NCBI GenBank assembly: GCA_964549305.1
Contig: CAZJVM010000023.1
Span: 1-25,947 of the forward strand
Reading direction: 5' to 3'
Origin: an uncultured bacterium
GTDB lineage: Bacteria; Schekmanbacteria; GWA2-38-11; J061
DNA: 25,947 nucleotides
The stretch's first letter is position 1. Every line of letters starts with the position of its first letter. The translations under genes were made by a program, and so were the position numbers. The notes beneath the pieces are model-generated. The model was not told where the DNA came from. It made no database searches and saw only the letters and a program-made list of their open reading frames with translations. Below, one piece after another: positions 19,550 through 25,947 of this stretch.

Positions 19550-21121
19550 TTAATCACTGTTGAACAAAAAACATTCCCCTAAGGCATCGGGAATGTAATC
19601 TATAATATCACCGGCACAGAGTGATATTTCACCCATATCTTCAGAGGCAATGTCTCCCGAGAGTCCGTGAATGAAGGCGCCCGCTGAAGCGGAGTATTCC
19701 GCCGATATTCCCTGGGATGACAATCCCGCGATGATGCCCGTCAGAACATCTCCGCTTCCTCCCGTTGCCATTCCCGGATTGCCCGTCAAATTTATGTAAG
19801 TTCGTTTGCCTTTATATGATATCACAGTATTGCTCCCTTTAAGCAAAACAGTACATTCGTATCTCTTTGCAATTTCAACGCTTACTTCAAGACGTTGTTC
19901 CTGCACCTGCGAAGAGGAAATACCGGCAATTCTTCCCATTTCTCCCGGATGTGGCGTAAGAACGAGTTCACACCGTCTTTTCTCAAGTATCGACAAATCT
20001 TCTGCGAGAACATTTAGGGCATCGGCGTCGAGTATGAGTGGAATCTCTATATTTTCAAGAAGCGCTTTGATTATTTCATAGGTGTCCCTGCTCCACCCCA
20101 TTCCGGGACCTGCCGCAACAACGCTTTTCCCTTTACAGAACTCTATGATGGCGCCGATGCTTTTTGACGAAATGGAACCGGAGTTATTTGATTCCACGGG
20201 AAATGTCATCGCTTCGAGAAGAGACGCTTCCAGCGCGGAATTGACCGATGACGGCGCCACAACGGAAACAAGTCCCGCACCGCTTCTCTGCGCGGCTTGC
20301 GCCGCCATTATTACAGCGCCGCTTTTACCGGGTGAACCGCCTATTATTATGGCGTGCCCGTAAGTTCCCTTATGCGAATCTTCCTTTCTTTCAGGCAGAA
20401 GAATATCAATATCGTTTTCATCCAGCGCCCTTACATCAAAGTGCATCCCATCGATTACATCAGCGGGAATGCCTATATCGATTATTTCCAATTCCCCCGT
20501 ATATGTCGCGGCAGGATAAACATAGTGCGCGATTTTCCCAAGCGCGAAGGTTACGGTGAGGTCGGCATATACAGCAGGACCTTCCACTTTGCCGGTATCT
20601 GACAATAATCCCGACGCGATGTCCACGGCAACGACATTCTTGCCCAATGAATTAACAAGCTCTATCGCTTCCCCGTATAGTCCTTTCGCGCTTCCCGTAA
20701 TTCCCGTGCCCAGCATTGCATCAACAACAATATGACTTTCGTTCAACAAAGGCGCGGCTTTTTCTTTCAGTTCAGAAATTTTTGAAATATTGAAGACTGG
20801 CAGTTCCATCTCTTTCACGCGCCTGTAGTTTCCAAGGGCATCGCCTTTAATTTGAGATTCGTCTGCCAGAACGATTACGCTAATCTTTTCGCATTCTTTC
20901 GCAAGGAGACGGGCGATGACATAGCCGTCTCCGCCGTTATTTCCCTTTCCGCACACTATGGCAAGAGATTTATCGCCTAAAGGCCCGAAATATTTTCGGA
21001 TTGCCCTTGCAACTCCGGTACCGGCATTTTCCATCAGCTTTAAACCGGGTATGCCTCTGTCTTCAATCGCCGTACGGTCTATTTTTCTCATTTGAGCGCC
21101 TGTTGCAACGGGATATGACAT
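19550..21121 (-). CDS. nnr: Bifunctional NAD(P)H-hydrate epimerase/dehydratase (YjeF N+C)
   Basis: 523 aa: LMENAG, CGKGNNGGDG, DAMLGTG, DIASG, HKGTYG, GAGLV, GPGMG, DADAL, TPHPGE, GGSGDVLTG. AAGGAG RBS overlaps the ridA stop. Confidence 0.96.
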   Translation of the reverse strand: MSYPVATGAQMRKIDRTAIEDRGIPGLKLMENAGTGVARAIRKYFGPLGDKSLAIVCGKGNNGGDGYVIARLLAKECEKISVIVLADESQIKGDALGNYRRVKEMELPVFNISKISELKEKAAPLLNESHIVVDAMLGTGITGSAKGLYGEAIELVNSLGKNVVAVDIASGLLSDTGKVEGPAVYADLTVTFALGKIAHYVYPAATYTGELEIIDIGIPADVIDGMHFDVRALDENDIDILLPERKEDSHKGTYGHAIIIGGSPGKSGAVIMAAQAAQRSGAGLVSVVAPSSVNSALEASLLEAMTFPVESNNSGSISSKSIGAIIEFCKGKSVVAAGPGMGWSRDTYEIIKALLENIEIPLILDADALNVLAEDLSILEKRRCELVLTPHPGEMGRIAGISSSQVQEQRLEVSVEIAKRYECTVLLKGSNTVISYKGKRTYINLTGNPGMATGGSGDVLTGIIAGLSSQGISAEYSASAGAFIHGLSGDIASEDMGEISLCAGDIIDYIPDALGECFLFNSD

Positions 21122-21133
21122 CGGTAAATCTCC

Positions 21134-21520
21134 TTATTTGAAAACCGCGATGGCGTCAACTTCCACAAGACTTCCCTTTGGAAGCGATGACACTTCCACA
21201 CATGCGCGGGCAGGCGGTTCGTTTTGAAATGATTTTGAATATATGTCGTTGAACTTCTGAAAATCGTCCAGCGACCTGAGATATACCGTGGTCTTGACAA
21301 CGTCGTTTAAATCCAATCCGGAAAAAATGAGAATGTTTTTAATACTCGCCATTACTCTCTCTGTTTGTTCCTCTATGCCTCCTTCCACCATATTTCCTGT
21401 TTTGGGGGCAAGAGGTATCTGTCCGGAAATAAAAAGGAAATTTCCCGATTTAACTGCCTGGGAATATGGACCGATTGCCGCAGGGGCATCTGGACAGGCA
21501 ACAGTTTCTATTTTACTCAT
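21134..21520 (-). CDS. ridA: RidA-family reactive enamine/imine deaminase
   Basis: 128 aa with APAAIGPYSQA, FISGQIP, VVKTTVYL, PPARACVEV..LPKG..VEVDA. The catalytic Arg of PAR is present. The start overlaps the rel stop (TAATG). Confidence 0.95.
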   Translation of the reverse strand: MSKIETVACPDAPAAIGPYSQAVKSGNFLFISGQIPLAPKTGNMVEGGIEEQTERVMASIKNILIFSGLDLNDVVKTTVYLRSLDDFQKFNDIYSKSFQNEPPARACVEVSSLPKGSLVEVDAIAVFK

Positions 21521-23709
21521 TACATTCCTCCGCTGTTAATCGTTTTTTCGGAAATACCGATTCGCTGTATTTTTATGACGCCTTTTAGGGTCCTAATCTT
21601 TTCTATGGCTTTGTTAAGCTGTTCAACATTTTTAACCTGTATGATAAAGCTCATAAACCCACGCCCGTTTTCGTCAGCCGACGCGTTGGCTGAAATAATA
21701 TCAATATCATTGCTTGCAATTACCGACGATATGGAAGCAAGCATTCCTTTTTTGTTTTCTGATGTAACGGATATTTTCACGGGACGAAGGGCACCGGTTT
21801 TCGAATCCCACTGAACGTCAACTCTTCTTTCGGGGTTGATATCTATCTTATTTAAAAGGCGGCAGTCGGCTTTATGAACCGTAACACCTCTTCCCCTCGT
21901 TATAAACCCCTTTATCTTGTCTCCGGGAACGGGAGAACAGCATTTTGCAAATCTTATAAGTATATTGTCTATGTCCTTAATCCTTATTCCCGTGGCTCTG
22001 TCCTTGCTCACAACCCGCTTGATTTTTTCTTTTATCTTGTCAATTCTCTTGGGTTCGGACTGTTTTTCTTTTACTTCGGGAATACATTTTTTAACGAACA
22101 ACTCCGACGATATTTTTCCAAAACCCGCGGCGACAAAAAGAGATTCGAGCGTTGGATATCCAAAATTGCTGCAGACTTTTTTGAACTTTTCATCATCCAT
22201 TATTTTCGTAAGGCTGATGCCGTTTTTCTTCAGCGCTTTTTCAATCAATACTTTGCCCAGATTGTAACTTTTTCCTGATTCTTCCTCGCGCAAATAGAGC
22301 TTGATTTTATTTTGGGCTCGTGAAGTAACTACGAAATTCAGCCAATCCTTGCTTGGCTTGTGATTTTGCGATGTTATTATTTCAACCACATCACCGCTTT
22401 TCAATTCATATTTAAGAGGGACTATCTTGCCGTTAACCCTTGCGCCTGAACACTTATTTCCCACGTGAGTATGGATTGAATAGGCAAAGTCCACTGTTGT
22501 CGCGCCGCGTAAAAATGATTTAACCTCTCCTTTTGGCGTGAAAGCGTAAACCTCCGTGGCAGTTAAATCAACTTTAAGACTTTTCATATACTCTTTGGGG
22601 TCTTTCATATCCTTCTGCCAGCTCAGTATCTGCTGAATCCATTTAAACTCATCGGGATGAATGGCGGACATTTCAGTGCCCTCTTTGTAAATCCAGTGGG
22701 CAGCGATTCCTCTTTCCGCAACTTCGTGCATTTTTTTTGTTCTTATCTGTATTTCAATTCTGTTTCCTTTAGGACCTATAACAGTAGTGTGGAGAGACTG
22801 GTACATATTCGCTTTGGGCATTGCGATATAATCCTTGAATCGTCCCGGTACCGGAGTCCAGAGTGAATGAATGGCACCTAAAGAGGCGTAACAATCCTTG
22901 ACAGAGTCCGAAATAATTCTGAAGGCAAGGAGGTCGTAAACTTCATCGAAACTTATCCTTCGTCTCTGCATTTTCTGGTAAATACTGTAAAGATGTTTTG
23001 GACGCCCTTCCACGCTGAGGAACATTCCTGATTCCTTGAGATGATCCTGGATTATAACCCTTACATCTTCAATATACTTGAGCCGCTCTCTTCTTTTTTG
23101 CCTTACATTTTTGGCTATACTGTAATAAATATCACTGTGAAGATATCTAAGGGATTCGTCTTCAAGTTCCCACTTCACTTCTCCCATTCCGAGGCGGTTT
23201 GCAATGGGAGCGTAAATGTCGATAGTTTCCTGGGCTATAACTTTCCTTTTCTCTTCAGGAAGATATTCAAGAGTCCTCATATTGTTAAGGCGGTCGGCAA
23301 GCTTGATGAGGATTACCCTAATATCCTTTGCCATTGCCATCAGCATTTTTCTGAAATTGTCGCTCTGTCTTTCCTCGATTGACTTGTACTCGATTCGCCC
23401 TATTTTCGAAAGGCCGTCAACAAGCATGGCAATTGTAGGATTGAACATTGTTTCCAAATCAGAGAGTGTAGCCGAAGTATCCTCTATTGTGTCATGGAGT
23501 ATTCCCGCGGAAATCGTATCAATATCCATCTTCATGTCGGCGAGAATGGACGAAACATCGAGGGGATGGGAAAGATAGGGCTCTCCAGATGCCCGCAACT
23601 GGTCCTTGTGGGCGCGCGCGGCAAAAACATATGCTTTTCTGATCAGACCTTCGTCGGCATTTGGAAGGTATGTCAGGACTTTTTCTATAAGTTCTTCACA
23701 TCTAATCAT
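21520..23709 (-). CDS. spoT: Bifunctional (p)ppGpp synthetase/hydrolase (long RSH, Rel/SpoT)
   Basis: 729 aa: intact HD hydrolase (RASGEPY..HP, LHDTIED, KLADRLNNMRTL), synthetase (GRPKH, RFKDYI, YQSLHT, EIQIRT), TGS (FTPKG, DFAYSIHT), CCSP and a C-terminal ACT domain. Confidence 0.96.
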   Translation of the reverse strand: MIRCEELIEKVLTYLPNADEGLIRKAYVFAARAHKDQLRASGEPYLSHPLDVSSILADMKMDIDTISAGILHDTIEDTSATLSDLETMFNPTIAMLVDGLSKIGRIEYKSIEERQSDNFRKMLMAMAKDIRVILIKLADRLNNMRTLEYLPEEKRKVIAQETIDIYAPIANRLGMGEVKWELEDESLRYLHSDIYYSIAKNVRQKRRERLKYIEDVRVIIQDHLKESGMFLSVEGRPKHLYSIYQKMQRRRISFDEVYDLLAFRIISDSVKDCYASLGAIHSLWTPVPGRFKDYIAMPKANMYQSLHTTVIGPKGNRIEIQIRTKKMHEVAERGIAAHWIYKEGTEMSAIHPDEFKWIQQILSWQKDMKDPKEYMKSLKVDLTATEVYAFTPKGEVKSFLRGATTVDFAYSIHTHVGNKCSGARVNGKIVPLKYELKSGDVVEIITSQNHKPSKDWLNFVVTSRAQNKIKLYLREEESGKSYNLGKVLIEKALKKNGISLTKIMDDEKFKKVCSNFGYPTLESLFVAAGFGKISSELFVKKCIPEVKEKQSEPKRIDKIKEKIKRVVSKDRATGIRIKDIDNILIRFAKCCSPVPGDKIKGFITRGRGVTVHKADCRLLNKIDINPERRVDVQWDSKTGALRPVKISVTSENKKGMLASISSVIASNDIDIISANASADENGRGFMSFIIQVKNVEQLNKAIEKIRTLKGVIKIQRIGISEKTINSGGM

Positions 23710-25213
23710 AATCTACTCTTATTATTTTTATTCCGGAGTTCTTTAAAAAATTAACTATTTTAACCTGCGAAAAAATATCACCTTCGGCAAGCACGATATG
23801 CGTTGCGTCAGCGGGGAATTGTTTCAGCGAGGGATCAACTGAAACCCATTCGCCAATATAGACCTCGCACCAGGCGTGATACATAAACTGCCCATATCCT
23901 TCAGGATAAACCAGACCCGACACTATTCTGCAGGGAACATTTCCGGCTCGCATTATAGCGCAAAAAAGATAAGAATGCGACTGACATTCTCCCTCACCGC
24001 TTTTTAGTGTATCCAAAGCACTGAAGTTTTCCTTCACTGCGGGGCGAATGTTATCTTTAAACCATCTTAAAGTTTCCTTTACGAAAATCAAGGAGTCATT
24101 ATTTGATACTTCAATGATGGAATCGGCGACATTTCTTATTTCGGAATTGTCACTCTGTATAAACTGTGTCTTCTTTAAATAATTTCTGTAATATTTAACC
24201 GGTAGAGAAAGAGGCGATAAATTCTTCAATGACTTGTTTCGCGCTTCCACAACGATTTCATTGCCGTTTCTTCCCCGGGTAATGCTTATTATGTGCTGTC
24301 CTTCCCTTTCGGGAATTTGGGCGTTTTCACCTAATCCTTCGAATTTCAGTTCCGCGCCCGTGACCTTGGAAGAATCGGGAATATTCCTGTCTGTCCTGAT
24401 TCCTGCCTGTTTCACTATATCAAAAAAACTTATTCCCTTTTTGATGTCTTGGGCATTCTCTCTGCTTTCCGCTATTATTTCAAAACCTTCAAATGATTCT
24501 TCCCTGATTTTTTTCCCCTTTGAAGTAACCCATAAAACAGACTTCATTCCGCCTATTTCTTCTGTAACACGAAAAGCTTTTTGTTTTATTCCGTTTATAT
24601 CAATCTCTTTTTCGCCCTGAACATGCACTTTCATTGTGGAAATTTTTGCGGCAGGCTGAAAATAAACATTGTATGAGTGTTTTTCACCCTCAATTATGCC
24701 TTCATTGAGAAATTTCAAGTCCGCGGATATAGGCATAAATAGCTTTTCTGAAACCTTCTCGACTGTTTCCTTTTTTGTGCCTCCGGCATCAAGAACAGTT
24801 TTCAGATAATCACCTGACCTTTTACCGGATATGGAGATTGAGTTACTGCCTGTTTCGATTTTATACGTAAATGCGAGCATATGATAATTTTTATCCACAT
24901 TGACACTTTCTTCCACCATGGTTTCCTGAGTGCTTCCGGTACCGGTATCTATCTTGACAAAACCTTTCGAATATCCGAAAAAACCCGAGTCTTTTTTAGT
25001 GATTACCGAATGTATGTAACCGACCTTAAATCCCTTGAAATAGAAGCCAAACCATTGGTCAGAGATAGTTTCAGAGGGTGTATCCGCGCCCGCGGTAACC
25101 GGAGACAGAAGAAAAGATTCTGTAGTGCCGGATTCATTGTCGCTGTTACAAGCGATGCAAACAGACAATATTGTGAAAAATAAGATAGCTTTGAATTTTA
25201 CACTTCTCTTCAT
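23702..25213 (-). CDS. Transglutaminase-like domain protein, probable lipoprotein
   Basis: Catalytic-triad pattern GECQSHS...YHAWCEVY...WVSVDPS. The true start is probably ATG 25213 (AAGGAG upstream), giving MKRSVKFKAILFFTILSVCIAC, a signal peptide with a lipobox-like Cys. The ORF track's extra 40 aa run through promoter DNA. Confidence 0.88.
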   Translation of the reverse strand: MKRSVKFKAILFFTILSVCIACNSDNESGTTESFLLSPVTAGADTPSETISDQWFGFYFKGFKVGYIHSVITKKDSGFFGYSKGFVKIDTGTGSTQETMVEESVNVDKNYHMLAFTYKIETGSNSISISGKRSGDYLKTVLDAGGTKKETVEKVSEKLFMPISADLKFLNEGIIEGEKHSYNVYFQPAAKISTMKVHVQGEKEIDINGIKQKAFRVTEEIGGMKSVLWVTSKGKKIREESFEGFEIIAESRENAQDIKKGISFFDIVKQAGIRTDRNIPDSSKVTGAELKFEGLGENAQIPEREGQHIISITRGRNGNEIVVEARNKSLKNLSPLSLPVKYYRNYLKKTQFIQSDNSEIRNVADSIIEVSNNDSLIFVKETLRWFKDNIRPAVKENFSALDTLKSGEGECQSHSYLFCAIMRAGNVPCRIVSGLVYPEGYGQFMYHAWCEVYIGEWVSVDPSLKQFPADATHIVLAEGDIFSQVKIVNFLKNSGIKIIRVDYD

Positions 25214-25235
25214 TCGGCGACTCTCCTTAATGTCA

Positions 25236-25263
25236 ATTTTACTATAAAAATAAGGATTTTCAA
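25236..25263 (-). promoter_or_regulatory. Putative sigma70 promoter for the transglutaminase-rel operon
   Basis: Minus-strand TTGAAA (25263..25258), 16 nt, TAAAAT (25241..25236), just upstream of the RBS at 25228..25223. Confidence 0.4.
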
Positions 25264-25313
25264 GGAGTTGTAAAAATGTATTTTTTAAAAAATGTCCGCG
25301 CGTATTCCTTTTA

Positions 25314-25336
25314 TCGATTTTGCGCCGCAACATCGA
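25314..25336. promoter_or_regulatory. 23-bp near-perfect palindrome (candidate operator) between divergent promoters
   Basis: TCGATTTTGCG-C-CGCAACATCGA: 10 of 11 arm positions are complementary around a single central base. Confidence 0.5.
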
Positions 25337-25355
25337 AAAAAGCGTTACTGACTTC

Positions 25356-25385
25356 TTGACAATCCAGAACGAATAAAAGTATCAT
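25356..25385 (+). promoter_or_regulatory. Putative sigma70 promoter for the DUF2007-like gene
   Basis: TTGACA (25356-25361), 18 nt, TATCAT (25380-25385), followed by AGGAG and ATG 25405. Confidence 0.6.
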
Positions 25386-25404
25386 TTCAACTCAGGAGAA
25401 AGAG

Positions 25405-25668
25405 ATGAAAACAACCGAAAATAACTATGTGGAGGTATTCAATACGACTGATGAAAGTGAATTTCTTGTAGTCAAAGCGCTTCTTGAAAGCGAAGGGATA
25501 AGGATACAGGATGTTTCCAAACGTGTGCCTCAATTTCCCGTGAATATTGACGGAATGGGTTTGATAAGATTATATGTCATTAAAGAAGACGAAGACTCGG
25601 CGCGAGGGATTCTTAAGAGTTATTATGAGGAAGAATCAGACAATATGTGGAAATGCCCGAAACATTAA
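25405..25668 (+). CDS. DUF2007-like small protein (putative signal-transducing, PII-like fold)
   Basis: 87 aa with VFNTTDESEFLVVKALLESEGI...GLIRLYVIKEDEDSARGIL. It has its own promoter and AGGAG RBS. Confidence 0.8.
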   Translation: MKTTENNYVEVFNTTDESEFLVVKALLESEGIRIQDVSKRVPQFPVNIDGMGLIRLYVIKEDEDSARGILKSYYEEESDNMWKCPKH

Positions 25669-25698
25669 ATTTCGATTATTTGCAAGTTATTTTTATTA

Positions 25699-25727
25699 TT
25701 GACATATATTTGCCTTTACAATAGTAT
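25699..25727 (+). promoter_or_regulatory. Near-consensus sigma70 promoter for the Lys/Ala-rich ORF
   Basis: TTGACA (25699-25704), 17 nt, TAGTAT (25722-25727). Confidence 0.65.
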
Positions 25728-25764
25728 GCGCAATCTAATTTAGGCTTTCAAACGGAGACTGAAT

Positions 25765-25947
25765 ATGCCCGTAAAAAGTAAAAAAGCTGGGACTAAGTCG
25801 AAGAGTGGCAAATCTTCAGTCAGGAAGAGTGTCGCTAAAAAATCTTCTGCCGCTAAATCGTCGGCCAAAAAGAAAGCGGTGAAGAAGACAACCGCTAAAA
25901 AATCTTCTGCCGCTAAATCGTCGGCCAAAAAGAAAGCGGTGAAGAAG
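25765..25947 (+). CDS. Lys/Ala/Ser-rich histone-H1-like N-terminal region of a CDS running off the window (partial)
   Basis: GGAG RBS, then ATG 25765, open to the edge: [61 protein letters not shown]. It is absent from the ORF track because no stop lies in the window. Confidence 0.85.
   Translation, partial: MPVKSKKAGTKSKSGKSSVRKSVAKKSSAAKSSAKKKAVKKTTAKKSSAAKSSAKKKAVKK
25833..25947 (+). repeat. In-frame tandem repeat with a 60-bp period
   Basis: CGCTAAAAAATCTTCTGCCGCTAAATCGTCGGCCAAAAAGAAAGCGGTGAAGAAG is identical at 25833-25887 and 25893-25947 and may continue beyond the edge. Confidence 0.95.

Noticed and set aside
326..25183. Numerous 60-143 aa plus-strand ORFs opposite known genes, and short alternative-frame minus ORFs (e.g. 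4612-4800, 17248-17583, 21088-21300)
   Set aside because: They overlap well-supported housekeeping genes, lack recognisable motifs, and have the composition expected of shadow frames.
25214..25333. 40-aa N-terminal extension of the transglutaminase ORF in the ORF track
   Set aside because: It runs through promoter-like and palindromic DNA. ATG 25213 has an AAGGAG RBS and yields a proper signal peptide.
25740..25928. Minus-strand 62-aa ORF ([11 protein letters not shown]...)
   Set aside because: It is the antisense shadow of the plus-strand Lys/Ala-rich ORF, which has the promoter and RBS.
25833..25947. 60-bp periodic repeat as a possible CRISPR array
   Set aside because: The copies are nearly contiguous (5-bp gap) and in frame within a CDS. 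There are no unique spacers and no cas genes in the window.

Overview
A gene-dense, AT-rich core-chromosome segment of a bacterium. I found no CRISPR array, transposase, integrase, prophage gene, rRNA or defence gene. Nearly all genes are on the minus strand, in four apparent transcription units. (1) Transglutaminase-like lipoprotein - rel (RelA/SpoT) - ridA - nnr - rnr - DUF4416-like - recJ (25213 down to 14957). (2) rimP-leader hairpin - rimP - nusA - infB - DUF503 - rbfA - DHH/DHHA1 (NrnA-like) - uvrB (14861 down to 7184). (3) CNNM/CBS 'hemolysin-family' transporter, DUF151 nuclease, uvrC. (4) A divergent EF-G paralog, a MerR-family HTH protein and tRNA-Pro(GGG), which is cut by the left edge. 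The plus strand carries a YfcE-like metallophosphoesterase, a small DUF2007-like protein, and at the right edge a Lys/Ala-rich histone-H1-like ORF with a 60-bp tandem repeat that the ORF track missed. I cannot support a claim of a wholly new system here. The best leads are: the EF-G paralog lacking the catalytic His and the G4 Lys; the transglutaminase-like lipoprotein overlapping rel at the head of a 'damage-control' operon, with a 23-bp palindrome upstream; DUF4416 coupled to recJ; uvrB sitting in the usual truB slot of the infB operon; and the H1-like repeat ORF. Family names come from motif recognition by eye, not from database searches.
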